Shown here: piece after piece, positions 16,867 to 26,257 of the stretch | Position numbering within the stretch: position 1 is the first letter of the stretch | How the letters are laid out: the number at the start of each line of letters is the position of its first letter | From: Candidatus Poribacteria bacterium | GTDB taxonomy: Bacteria; Poribacteria; WGA-4E; WGA-3G | Length of the DNA stretch: 64,000 nt | Direction of reading: 5' to 3' | Assembly: GCA_965200345.1 (NCBI GenBank) | Contig: OZ241378.1 | Span: forward strand, 5,434,314 to 5,498,313 | Made by a program: the position numbers and the translations under genes | The notes under the pieces: model-generated | Told to the model about the DNA's origin: nothing | Database searches by the model: none | Seen by the model: the letters and a program-made list of their open reading frames with translations, nothing else

Positions 16867-17607
16867 ATGGCGTATTTAACAGCAGCAGACAAAACATTCT
16901 TTAAAGAAAATGGCTATCTGGTTGTCCGCGGCGCGCTGGAACAGGCAGCAATTGATGCCGCACTTGACAGGCTCTGGGAGGCGCTTGACGAAGATAGGAA
17001 CGACCCAGAGTCCTGGATTCGTAAAGGTTATCGTACGGTGCCTGTCGGTGGTGAAGATGTTATCGCTGGTACAACATACAATAACCGCGTTTTCGCTATG
17101 GCGGAAGAACTTGTCGGCAAGGATAAATTGAATTCGAGTGGTGGTGCCGGTCCGCATATCAACTTTCCGGATCCAGACAGAGAATGGCGCGAACCCGGTG
17201 GCGGACATCTTGATGGTTACCACACCCCTACAAACGGTGTGCCGAAAGGGGTTGTCGGTTCGTTCACGCTCGGTGCAACGGTTTATCTTGACACGGTTGA
17301 AAAACAGGGTGGTGGATTTACCGTTTGGCCCGGGAGCCATCGGATTTGGGCGGAATATTTCAGACATCACGACTTGGATAGTCTCCCCGGTGGGGTCGCA
17401 CCGTTTGATTTGGGACCGAGTTATGAGTTTACCGGCGAAGGCGGTGATGTCTGTTTCTGGCATCATCAGATGAGCCATACGGCTGGTTCAAACTGCGGAC
17501 GCAATGTTAGAATGGCACTCATCAGTCGGTACCGGCGAAAAGATCTCGACGAGATTAAGTTTGAAACCCCTGACGATATGTGGAAATATTGGGACGGGAT
17601 TTCGTAA
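16867..17607 (+). CDS. Phytanoyl-CoA dioxygenase (PhyH)-family Fe(II)/2OG oxygenase
   Basis: FFKENGYLVVRGAL at the N-terminus, HLDGY (HxD), WPGSH and H...SHTAG..N...R late motifs. Confidence 0.65.
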   Translation: MAYLTAADKTFFKENGYLVVRGALEQAAIDAALDRLWEALDEDRNDPESWIRKGYRTVPVGGEDVIAGTTYNNRVFAMAEELVGKDKLNSSGGAGPHINFPDPDREWREPGGGHLDGYHTPTNGVPKGVVGSFTLGATVYLDTVEKQGGGFTVWPGSHRIWAEYFRHHDLDSLPGGVAPFDLGPSYEFTGEGGDVCFWHHQMSHTAGSNCGRNVRMALISRYRRKDLDEIKFETPDDMWKYWDGIS

Positions 17608-17811
17608 ATTAGCGCATTAGCCATCAGCCATCAGCTGTCAGCCATCAGTAAAGAGGCATTAGATTTACCTGGGGAAATCCGCAGAAATACCCAAGCAAAA
17701 ACACCCCAGGTAAAAACACACTTCTTTTTTGACCGCTCTCACTGCGAGGCAAGGTTTTTTCGCAGAAAAAACCGCCCTGATTGCTGATAGCCGACCTAGG
17801 AAAATTTGGGA

Positions 17812-18276
17812 ATGGACCTCTATATGGACCCTTCTGAAGTCTCAGAAATAATAGGCGTGGAGGAAGGGATTATTATTCGAGCATTAGAACGGCAAGATGT
17901 AGAGATTGAGCCGTATCTACGCGTCGTCTCTACGCCGTCTGAAGAACCGGGAAGTTCCACAAAGCCACGCATGCAACTACGCGTTGATGGCCTCGCACCG
18001 TTGATAAAGAAACTCACTTATAATATTCCGACAGACGACATTATTGAAAACCTCAGCTGCCAAATTATTGATATTACTTACCTACGGGAAACTTGCGACA
18101 GGTTGGAAGAGGAAAATCAAGCACTTATCGCCGAAAATGCGCAGCTTCGCGAAGTGATTGAATCTTTCCAAACCGAAAGAGGGGATTGGTCAGCACAAGT
18201 TGAGGATTTAACAAGTCAATTGACGCGGGAGCAATCTAAAAGTTGGGTGACTCGCCTGTTGAAACGGAAAGACTAA
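17812..18276 (+). CDS. Hypothetical coiled-coil protein
   Basis: 155 aa. The C-terminal half has heptad character (LEEENQALIAENAQLREVIESFQTE...). No recognisable domain. Confidence 0.4.
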   Translation: MDLYMDPSEVSEIIGVEEGIIIRALERQDVEIEPYLRVVSTPSEEPGSSTKPRMQLRVDGLAPLIKKLTYNIPTDDIIENLSCQIIDITYLRETCDRLEEENQALIAENAQLREVIESFQTERGDWSAQVEDLTSQLTREQSKSWVTRLLKRKD

Positions 18277-18319
18277 TCAAATTTAGATGGGTGAAGCTGC
18301 AAATTCCTGAAAGGTCGCT

Positions 18320-18940
18320 ATGATGAAAGAAAGACGCAACTATCTAATTGCAATTGGCTTCTTTATAGTTAGTGTTATTTTTCTTTATGTAGAAGGTATC
18401 CCGTTACTACCGGCGATTATCATGCAGCATGCTGTTTTGCTCAAAGGCATCGCGTTGGTGCTGCTGAGTATTGCTGGCATTCTCGGTGGGACTGCCTTTG
18501 AGAACAGACAGCGAATCGCCATTATATCCGGTATCGGTTTGGTGATTGGACTTGGGTTTCTCTATTTGCCTATCCCATCAATTCTACGCGGTTCGGCGTT
18601 TCATATACTATTTGCTTGTGCTATTGCATTCGGTATGACGACAACTGCGAAGCGGATCGCATCTATCGGTTCAGCCCTCTTGATGTGTATTGGGATCGTC
18701 TTCCTTTACCAACCCTTTTTTTCATCGCTTGGTGGTACTGCCCTACACCTGCTTCTACCCGCCATAATCGTTTTTTCGATTGTTTTTTCGCAGCAAACCT
18801 TGTGTGAACGCCTTTCTATTGGTTTAATCGCACTGGGTCTGATTGCGCTCTGTCAACCATTTTTCATGCTGTTTTATCAAACAGGTTTTCAGTTGTTGCT
18901 TGCTGGTTTGACAGGGTTTATTGTCGCAGCACACCGTTAG
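18320..18940 (+). CDS. Polytopic membrane protein with four internal repeats
   Basis: 206 aa, highly hydrophobic. The unit recurs four times: FLYVEGIPLLPAIIMQHAVLL / FLYLPIPSILRGSAFHILF / FLYQPFFSSLGGTALHLLL / ALCQPFFMLFYQTGFQLLL. Confidence 0.5.
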   Translation: MMKERRNYLIAIGFFIVSVIFLYVEGIPLLPAIIMQHAVLLKGIALVLLSIAGILGGTAFENRQRIAIISGIGLVIGLGFLYLPIPSILRGSAFHILFACAIAFGMTTTAKRIASIGSALLMCIGIVFLYQPFFSSLGGTALHLLLPAIIVFSIVFSQQTLCERLSIGLIALGLIALCQPFFMLFYQTGFQLLLAGLTGFIVAAHR

Positions 18941-18946
18941 TAGTAA

Positions 18947-19165
18947 CAGTTGTCAGTCGTCAGTACGATTTTTTTCTCCGAAAAAAATCTTTCAGTTGTC
19001 AGAAAGAGACTTTGTGATTATCAAAACCTCTTTTACAGGTCATCGGTTTTCGGTTAAAGAGGGTATAGTTTAATCAGATACCTCTTTAACTGACAACTGA
19101 TAACTAAAAACTATTCCCTCTGAAAACTGATAACCGATAACTGATAACTATTCCCTCTGAAGACT
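18947..19165. repeat. Dispersed intergenic repeat (CAGNNGT heptamers + A/T-homopolymer hairpin + CTGATAAC motifs)
   Basis: cagttgtcagtcgtcagtac-GATTTTTTTctccGAAAAAAATC-tttcagttgtcagaaaga recurs almost unchanged at 54816-54869. The downstream part shares attatcaaaa / ctgataac motifs. CTATTCCCTCTGAA occurs twice (19120s and 19150s). Confidence 0.7.
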
Positions 19166-19168
19166 ATA

Positions 19169-20320
19169 ATGTCAAACAGAATCCATAATTCCAAGACGAA
19201 AAACGTGGTGATAATAGGAGTTGGCATCATTGGTGCCACACTCGGTTATCATCTGTCCCGATGGAACGGTGTTACTGTGACGCTTCTGGAGCGAGATGTC
19301 CCGGGCGCAGGGGCATCCGGTCACTCTTTTGCATGGGCAAACGCTTTTGGGAAAGATCCACGCGAGTACCACACGCTCAACCGACGTGCGTTAGATATGT
19401 GGTACCGGTTGGCATATCAACTTGATGCGGATATTGGTATCCACTATGGCGGTGAAATGCGGTGGGAGAACGACCCGCAACGTGCAAGGCAGCTGCGTGA
19501 ACGTGTCCAACAGATCCAGACCTGGGGGTACCCGTGTCGTCTTATTACCTCAGACGAGATATTAGCACTTGAACCACGTCTACACCCTGGGACTGTGTTA
19601 GCTGCGTCCTTCTCCGAAGCGGATATCCATATTGAAACCGATACATTTATTGACGTTTGTCTCCGGCGTGCGCGCGAGGCAGAAGCGATTGTGTATGCGC
19701 AAACCAGCGTTACAGGCTTTGTCATTCGTGACGGCAATATCGCCGCTGTGAAAACGACCAATGGAGAGTTTTCGTGTGATGTTGTTGTCTTAGCAAGCGG
19801 TGTTCAAACGACCGAACTGGCTTCTCTGGCGCAGGCCCATATTCCGCAGCAACGGAGTCCTGGTATTGTTATTAAGACAACACCGTGTGCTGAAGTTTTA
19901 CATAATGTGGCAGTCATCCACGCCCCGTCAACGGATGAACATCATCAACACCTCCACCTCCGGCAGCTCTCTGACGGGAGCCTCAGGATCGGGCAGGGAA
20001 CCCAAGAAGGCATCAACCGTGATGACTCGCAACAGCATGCCGATGCCCTTCTTGAACGTGCGAAAACCTATTTGCCAGCGATCGCGGATGCCAAGGCGAT
20101 TCCGATGTCTGTCGGCTATCGTCCGATGCCGCTTGATGGGTTTCCGGTACTTGGGTTCACTAAAGCCGTACCGAACCTGTATATTGCGCTGATGCACAGC
20201 GGTGTGACGCTTGCACCTTTGGTGGGTGAGATGGCGACGTTAGAAATTGCGGACAATGTTCGGGTGGATTGGTTTGCGCCTTATCGTCCAGGGAGGTTTA
20301 GCGCGAGTCCGGAAAGTTAA
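19169..20320 (+). CDS. FAD-dependent oxidoreductase (DAO / glycine-D-amino-acid oxidase family)
   Basis: N-terminal Rossmann motif VVIIGVGIIGATLGYHLS, 383 aa, ...HSGVTLAP near the C-terminus as in the DAO family. Confidence 0.75.
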   Translation: MSNRIHNSKTKNVVIIGVGIIGATLGYHLSRWNGVTVTLLERDVPGAGASGHSFAWANAFGKDPREYHTLNRRALDMWYRLAYQLDADIGIHYGGEMRWENDPQRARQLRERVQQIQTWGYPCRLITSDEILALEPRLHPGTVLAASFSEADIHIETDTFIDVCLRRAREAEAIVYAQTSVTGFVIRDGNIAAVKTTNGEFSCDVVVLASGVQTTELASLAQAHIPQQRSPGIVIKTTPCAEVLHNVAVIHAPSTDEHHQHLHLRQLSDGSLRIGQGTQEGINRDDSQQHADALLERAKTYLPAIADAKAIPMSVGYRPMPLDGFPVLGFTKAVPNLYIALMHSGVTLAPLVGEMATLEIADNVRVDWFAPYRPGRFSASPES

Positions 20321-20613
20321 TAGTATAGGACTTACGTAAATTGGACAGAAAATCGAGACCTATTTTGCTGAAAATGCCTTTTAGTGAGAATATTTGGTTG
20401 TATTAACCCTCTAAATCCCTTTATCAGGGAGACTGTAAGGGGGATGTATAAGTGCAAAAAAAGAAAAATTTTATCTTAACCTATTTTAACACATTTGGTA
20501 TACTTTTATCTATCAAGGAATTGCAGAGGTGCACGGTTGAAAGGGTTTTCGCACGACTGCAATGCCATTATTTAGACAAAACCTCTGAAATTAAAGCAAT
20601 GAAGGGGGCAAAT

Positions 20614-21378
20614 ATGTTAGGTGCAAGAAAGTTTTCGCCGATTCAACTTTTTACGCCAATTGCTATTTCTGTTTCGATCTTAATTTTTCTATCGGTTCTT
20701 CTTAGTTTTGGTGGGGAAATCCTTGATGACTTTGATGATGGCGATACAGAAGGCTGGGAACGCTCCCCACAGAACGAAGATAGCAAGGTCTTCTGGGGTA
20801 TAGAGAAAGGGAACACTTTCGTCACGTTTGATCCAAAGGGACTCGTGTGGAACGAGGCAATTTCCCAGTTCAATTTTACCGGCGAGGGGTTAAAGGTTGG
20901 TGACCCAAATAAATGGACAGACTATGACGTGGAGGTTGACTTGCGGCACCAAGAAATCGCTAACTTCCCGGGTGGTGTTCGTGGGCGCGTTGACCTTGAG
21001 ACAGGTTCACATTATGTTGTCTGGCTATATCCGGGGTCGGCAAAGATGAATCTGTTTAGCAATCCGGGTTGGGATATTAATACCGGCCTGCAAAACCATG
21101 GTGAAGCCCCTTATAAGCCAGAGGTGGATAAATGGCACACGGTCAAATTGAGTTTTTCAGGTACCACCATCAAGGTTTTCTATGACGGGGAAATGATGAT
21201 TGAAGCAAAGGATAATCAGTACAAAAGCGGAACGGTAGCACTGGGTAATCAGGACAAAATTGTGCATTACGATAACGTCCGCATCACGGGGCCCGATATT
21301 CCGAACTTAAATGCGAGTGCTGTCGAACCAGAAGATAAATTGACGATAACTTGGGGGCAGATAAAATCGTCTTTTTAG
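20614..21378 (+). CDS. Secreted LamG/DUF1080-like (concanavalin-type) protein with C-terminal VEPxxKLxTxWGxIK tail
   Basis: Start set at the ATG after AAGGGGG (MLGARKFSPIQLFTPIAISVSILIFLSVLL, a signal anchor). DDFDDGDTEGWE...W.DY...V....., W+.+.+...G..I.V+.DGE, YDNVRI. The upstream GTG-initiated extension in the track is unlikely. Confidence 0.55.
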   Translation: MLGARKFSPIQLFTPIAISVSILIFLSVLLSFGGEILDDFDDGDTEGWERSPQNEDSKVFWGIEKGNTFVTFDPKGLVWNEAISQFNFTGEGLKVGDPNKWTDYDVEVDLRHQEIANFPGGVRGRVDLETGSHYVVWLYPGSAKMNLFSNPGWDINTGLQNHGEAPYKPEVDKWHTVKLSFSGTTIKVFYDGEMMIEAKDNQYKSGTVALGNQDKIVHYDNVRITGPDIPNLNASAVEPEDKLTITWGQIKSSF

Positions 21379-21381
21379 ACG

Positions 21382-22248
21382 CTATTTTCCATAATTTTCT
21401 GTATACGCTTTTACCAAATCGCCCTTCCGAAAGCCGGGGACAGCCGTGGCGCATTCCTGTGCCAGGTGCTTGTAATCAATCTTCATCAAACGTGCTAAGA
21501 CGGCAGGATTTTTTGCTTTTACAAGTATCCACTGCTTGTTCCGTTCACACTGTTTCTCATCTATCTCTCTACGCGAATAATCCTGCCAGCCTTGGCACGG
21601 GACAGCGAAATCGAAAGCGTTCTGAAAGACTTTCAAAGCATCAGGTGTGTTATTGTACTGCCACATCTGAAAATCTTGATGGCGTATCGGTAAGGGTTTA
21701 TATTGCCGCATGTCTTGATGGGTGCTTGCCAAACGTGTCCATATCTGAAATTCGGTGTTTACTGCGTAAGACTTGCCTGTACTGAGGTGGAAGGCATCCC
21801 TTGGAAGCGGCAATTTACTGATAAAGCGCATGCTCGGATCAAGTTGCTTGTGAGTGGTAAATTTGCGGAAATTGACTGGAACAATAAAGGCGATGATGTC
21901 TGCTAAATGGGCTGCGTGATTAAAGAAGGCTATTGCTAATTTGCCGCGTTTACCGAAAGGTGGATTCCCGATGACCACAGTATCTTGCAGTGCGAATGGT
22001 AGATCGGTGACTCTAAAAAAGTCTTGGCGTTTCACATCCTTACATTTCGGCACGAGATCAATGCCGAATCGCTTTTTGGAGGGTAAGAGTTTGTAAAACG
22101 CGCCGGTGCCGGCAGCCGGTTCGACAAAAAAGAGGTCGCTGAGATTCCGGTTTAGCGTTGAGAGCGTGTTTGTGAAATGCGCCCAACATGCTCCCGCTAC
22201 CTCTGATTTAGTGTAAAACTGACCTAATAGATTTTCCAAACCTTCCAC
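21382..22248 (-). CDS. N6-adenine-type (gamma-class) DNA methyltransferase-like protein, solitary
   Basis: Motif I FVEPAAGTGAF, then motif IV VVIGNPPFG. 288 aa. No nuclease or specificity gene adjacent. Confidence 0.55.
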   Translation of the reverse strand: MEGLENLLGQFYTKSEVAGACWAHFTNTLSTLNRNLSDLFFVEPAAGTGAFYKLLPSKKRFGIDLVPKCKDVKRQDFFRVTDLPFALQDTVVIGNPPFGKRGKLAIAFFNHAAHLADIIAFIVPVNFRKFTTHKQLDPSMRFISKLPLPRDAFHLSTGKSYAVNTEFQIWTRLASTHQDMRQYKPLPIRHQDFQMWQYNNTPDALKVFQNAFDFAVPCQGWQDYSRREIDEKQCERNKQWILVKAKNPAVLARLMKIDYKHLAQECATAVPGFRKGDLVKAYTENYGK

Positions 22249-22304
22249 CTTTTAGTATCTCAATACCTGTCAAGGCAGCCCGTCTCAATACATTCAGCCA
22301 AGGA

Positions 22305-23471
22305 TTACTCAAAGGGGACCAATTCGCCATCCTTGACAATCAAGACTTTCTCGTCGTAAATAGCGTCCCCATTAGCATCAAAAGAGAATTTGCCAAAAAT
22401 TGTGTCAAAATCTCTGATACTTGCGAGCGCGTCTCGAATCGCTGCAGCATCGGTTGATTGTGCATTCGCGATCGCCGCCGCCAGAATATGAAGTGTCACA
22501 TACGAACGCGCGGCGGAGTTACTCGGCTCCATGTCGAATTTGGTATTATAATTCTCCACGAAGGCTTGGTTCCCTGGTGTGTCAAGGGCAGCGCTCCACC
22601 CTACAAAAGTCATCGCGCCTTCAGCAGCTGCCCCTGCGGCTTGTACATCTGCTGCAGTCAATGTCCGTACGATAAAGGGAGCGGATATACCGAGTTCATG
22701 CCCTTGCATAAGGATCCCAGGCTTTTCCGGCGATAAACATGAAACAAAGATAACATCGGGATTCAGGGTCTGGATTCGGGTTAATTGTTGAGAGAAGTCG
22801 GTATCGCCACCTTGGAAGGTTTCAGTCGTTATCACTTCAACGCCTTTTGCAGCAAGGACTTCTTGCACGGACGCGTCTCCATCGGTGGAGAAAAGATCGG
22901 TTTCATCATACATTGTCGCGGCGCGTTGATAGCCGAGTTTTGTCTGTGTGACTTCAATGCCAGGGGGAATAAGTTTATCTGTCGTCAGCGCAATGCGAAA
23001 GACGTAATCTCCGAGCGCACTGAGCCCGCGAGCAGAGGATGTTGGACTAATTGCCACGACTTGATTTTCTTGTGCTACCGGAAAAGTCATCTCAGTTTGA
23101 CTTGATGTTGCAGGCCCGAGGATAATAGACAGGTCTTCTTGGTGAATCAGTTTATTGAAGGCTTCAACTGCTCCGTCTATAGTGATCTGATCATCTTCGA
23201 TAATAAATTTGAGTTTTATGCCACTGGGATGTGCAGCGTTAATCTCGCTGCGTGCCAACTCAAAGCCTTGTGAGATTGGGATGCCAAATGAGTCAGCAAG
23301 TCGTCCTGTTTGGGGTAAAACAACACCGATCAAAATTTCTCCGCTTGGTTCTGTCATCTGAGGTGTGGTAGGTTGCGTAATTTGTGAGATCCGTTCACAG
23401 GCAGAGAGTCCTGCAATCAATACGATAATCACGGATAGAAACGCGAAAGTTATGATTTTTCTAATGTACAT
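22305..23471 (-). CDS. ABC-transporter periplasmic substrate-binding protein (LivK / branched-chain amino-acid type)
   Basis: Start at ATG 23471, 5 nt after AGGAG (MYIRKIITFAFLSVIIVLIAGLSAC, lipoprotein-like). IGVVLPQTGRLA...PATSS...Y is typical of Peripla_BP_6 proteins. Confidence 0.7.
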   Translation of the reverse strand: MYIRKIITFAFLSVIIVLIAGLSACERISQITQPTTPQMTEPSGEILIGVVLPQTGRLADSFGIPISQGFELARSEINAAHPSGIKLKFIIEDDQITIDGAVEAFNKLIHQEDLSIILGPATSSQTEMTFPVAQENQVVAISPTSSARGLSALGDYVFRIALTTDKLIPPGIEVTQTKLGYQRAATMYDETDLFSTDGDASVQEVLAAKGVEVITTETFQGGDTDFSQQLTRIQTLNPDVIFVSCLSPEKPGILMQGHELGISAPFIVRTLTAADVQAAGAAAEGAMTFVGWSAALDTPGNQAFVENYNTKFDMEPSNSAARSYVTLHILAAAIANAQSTDAAAIRDALASIRDFDTIFGKFSFDANGDAIYDEKVLIVKDGELVPFE

Positions 23472-23687
23472 AATGCTCCTTTGGTAGCACACAGTGCGTG
23501 CTGATGATTCTGTTATGAAATGGATAGCACATAGTGTGTGCTTCCTATTTTGTGGTTTTATTATACCATTTTCGCTGTGAAAATGAAATTAAAAACAGTT
23601 TCTCTTTGATGCCTATGCGCTTGATTAATTTCCTATTATCGGGTATATTATAGAAAATCGAAACCTCAGAATATGAGATGGAGCGAT

Positions 23688-24689
23688 ATGACGACAGAAG
23701 TAAAATCACCGGTCCATTGGGGCATTCTCAGCACTGCTAATATTGCCACGAAGGTCGCTCGCGCGATTCACCTTGCTGAAAATGCCGATTTAATTGCGAT
23801 TGCGAGCCGGACAGAAGAACGCGCTGCAACATGGGCAAAAGACCACAACATTCGCACGGCTTACGGCACTTACGACGCACTCCTTGCTGATGATTCACTT
23901 GATGCTATTTATATCCCTTTACCCCCTTCACTCCACGCTGAGTGGACAATCAAAGCCGCGGAACGCGGTAAACACGTCCTTTGTGAAAAACCGCTTGCTG
24001 CGAATGCTGCCGAGGCGATCGCTATGGCGGATGCGTGTCGTCAAAACGGTGTACAACTGATGGACGGTGTCATGTGGGTGCACCATGATCGTACAGCGGT
24101 AATGCAGCAGAAAATAGCAGACGACACGCTCGGAAAACTGCGCCGAGTGACAGCGGCGTTCACTTTCAATTGGGATACAATTCCTGTTGGGAATATCCGT
24201 GCGATGAAGGAATTCGCGGGTGGCAGCCTCGGCGATTTAGGGTATTACTGTGTCCGCGCGATTCTCTGGGCATTTGAACAGATGCCGACACAGGTGTTCG
24301 CAACGGCGCGCTACAAGGTCGGTGTCGATTTCAACCTTACCGGTATCCTCTGGTTTGACGATGAACGCATCGCTACTTTGGATTGTGGGTTCGACACAGG
24401 ACTCCGAAAGTGGTTCGAGGTAGCAGGGACGCGCGCCTCGATTGTCTGCGATGATTTCACTGTTCCAACCTCCGAAGATACTGCTCGATTTTGGGTTCAT
24501 GGTTCGGAGGGGAACGAGCAAAACGCTGTTGACGGGTGCATTCAAGAGGTCAAGATGATAGAGCGTTTCTCTCGGATTGTGCAATCTGGAAATCTTGAGG
24601 CAAAATGGTCCGATGTTGCCGTCAACACAATGCGCGTCTGTGACGCGCTTCTGGAATCAGATCGGCGAAAAGAAGTTGTTAAACTATAG
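23688..24689 (+). CDS. Gfo/Idh/MocA-family NAD(P)-dependent oxidoreductase
   Basis: HWGILSTANIA...AIASR.....A..WA....I...Y..Y..LL......DAIYIPLP..LH......A...GKHVLCEKP is the classic family N-terminus. Confidence 0.85.
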   Translation: MTTEVKSPVHWGILSTANIATKVARAIHLAENADLIAIASRTEERAATWAKDHNIRTAYGTYDALLADDSLDAIYIPLPPSLHAEWTIKAAERGKHVLCEKPLAANAAEAIAMADACRQNGVQLMDGVMWVHHDRTAVMQQKIADDTLGKLRRVTAAFTFNWDTIPVGNIRAMKEFAGGSLGDLGYYCVRAILWAFEQMPTQVFATARYKVGVDFNLTGILWFDDERIATLDCGFDTGLRKWFEVAGTRASIVCDDFTVPTSEDTARFWVHGSEGNEQNAVDGCIQEVKMIERFSRIVQSGNLEAKWSDVAVNTMRVCDALLESDRRKEVVKL

Positions 24690-24698
24690 GGAAATAAC

Positions 24699-25886
24699 AT
24701 GAAAATTACAAACATTGAGACGTTTATTGTGGATGCGGGGTGGCGGCCTTGGATTTTTGTGAAGGTGGAAACAGATGAAGGTGTCACCGGCTACGGCGAA
24801 TGTAGCGATGGCAGGAATCCTAACGGCGTGGCGGGGACTATCAAAGACCTCACGCCGCTGCTCATCGGACGCGATCCACGTGCTTATGAGATGCGGTTTT
24901 GGGATATGATTCGCGGTTCTCGACAAAGCCCTGGCGGCATCGCTGCGAAAGGGATCGCTGGTATTGAGTGCGCGTTGGTGGATATTAAGGCGAAAGCGTT
25001 GGGAATCTCTGTTGTGGAACTGTTCGGTGGACCGACACGCGACAGTGTGCGTGTCTACTGGTCACATTGTGGCAGCTCGCGTGCGCGCAACTATGAACTC
25101 ATCGGGGTGCCACCTTTAAGGACGATGGCTGACATCGCCGCGTTGGGTCGCGAGGTTGTTGAGAAGGGTTTCACCGCTCTTAAAACTAACATTGTCATTC
25201 CCGGCGACCCTGCTTCCGTCTATTTCCCCGGTTTCAGCAATGGACCCGGTACCACCGACGGAAACGTAACGTCTCAGCTCCTCCGACACATTGAGACCTT
25301 AATCGGTACCTTTAGAGAGGCAGTTGGTCCTGATGTCGGTATTAATCTTGATTTGAACTTCAATTTCAAACCGGAGGCGTGCATGCGTATCGCCAAGGTG
25401 CTTGAACCGTTTGACATGCTATGGTTAGAAATCGATATGTATGACCATGAGGCACTCCGTCAAATCAAAGATTCCACGACGACGAAGATATGCACCGGCG
25501 AAAATCTCTATTACATGCGCGAATATTTGCCCTATTTTGAGTGCCGTGCTGCCGATGTGTTCATGATAGATGTGCCGTGGAACGGGTTCGCACCGTCAAA
25601 GAAAATCGGAGACTTGGCGAATGTGTTCCAACTCAACGTCGCTCCGCATAATTACTATAGCCACCTCGCTACTTATATGAGTGCGAGTCTTTGTGCTGTC
25701 TTGCCCAATGTGCGGATCATGGAGATTGATATAGATGATGTTCCATGGAAAGACGACTTGACGACACATGTCCCAGAAATTACGGATGGCTACATGAAAA
25801 CCCCGACGCGTCCAGGATGGGGAACTGAATTGAATGAGGAGGTTGTCAAGGCACATCTCTGGGACAATCGGCGCGGCGATTGGTAA
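24699..25886 (+). CDS. Enolase-superfamily dehydratase (D-galactonate / D-mannonate dehydratase-like)
   Basis: MKITNIETFIVDAGWRPWIFVKVETDEGVTGYGEC is the typical N-terminus of this subgroup. LDLNF, WLEID and GEN are the metal-ligand positions. Confidence 0.75.
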   Translation: MKITNIETFIVDAGWRPWIFVKVETDEGVTGYGECSDGRNPNGVAGTIKDLTPLLIGRDPRAYEMRFWDMIRGSRQSPGGIAAKGIAGIECALVDIKAKALGISVVELFGGPTRDSVRVYWSHCGSSRARNYELIGVPPLRTMADIAALGREVVEKGFTALKTNIVIPGDPASVYFPGFSNGPGTTDGNVTSQLLRHIETLIGTFREAVGPDVGINLDLNFNFKPEACMRIAKVLEPFDMLWLEIDMYDHEALRQIKDSTTTKICTGENLYYMREYLPYFECRAADVFMIDVPWNGFAPSKKIGDLANVFQLNVAPHNYYSHLATYMSASLCAVLPNVRIMEIDIDDVPWKDDLTTHVPEITDGYMKTPTRPGWGTELNEEVVKAHLWDNRRGDW

Positions 25887-25924
25887 ATGTGCAAAAACGG
25901 AGTCTTTTTACCTCTTTTACGAGT

Positions 25925-26182
25925 TTAGGGGACAGGTTCTGATCGAATAGGAGTTTCATTGGCGTAGATAACCATCTGTGCTTTTTCTCTGTCCGCCGCG
26001 TATGCCAAGCATGCCCGGATGTCTGTTTCAGTTAAATATGGGAAATCGTCAAGAATTTCTGCGGTTGTCATGCCTGACGCAAGGTACTCAAGCACCTCGT
26101 AAACTGTGATTCGCATTCCCCGAATGCACGGTTTTCCGCTGCGTTTACCGGGTTCAATGGTAATAATGTCTGTGTAGTCCAT
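25925..26182 (-). CDS. DUF433-domain protein (antitoxin-like)
   Basis: ITIEPGKRSGKPCIRGMRITVYEVLEYLASGMTTAEILDDFPYLTETDIRACLAYAA is the DUF433 consensus. Start placed at the ATG after GGAGGAA. Confidence 0.75.
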   Translation of the reverse strand: MDYTDIITIEPGKRSGKPCIRGMRITVYEVLEYLASGMTTAEILDDFPYLTETDIRACLAYAADREKAQMVIYANETPIRSEPVP

Positions 26183-26257
26183 TTCCAGTTCCTCCATCTA
26201 ACATTATATCACTCTTGGGTGTTATGAATCCATGTTTACCTACAAGGTGGGGAGCCG

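Noticed and set aside
21382-26197. Defence island hypothesis (methyltransferase, DUF433 and nearby TnpB, plus Uma2 at 45342)
   Set aside because: The genes are separated by ordinary metabolic genes. No nuclease, ATPase or toxin partner is adjacent. No known system architecture is complete.
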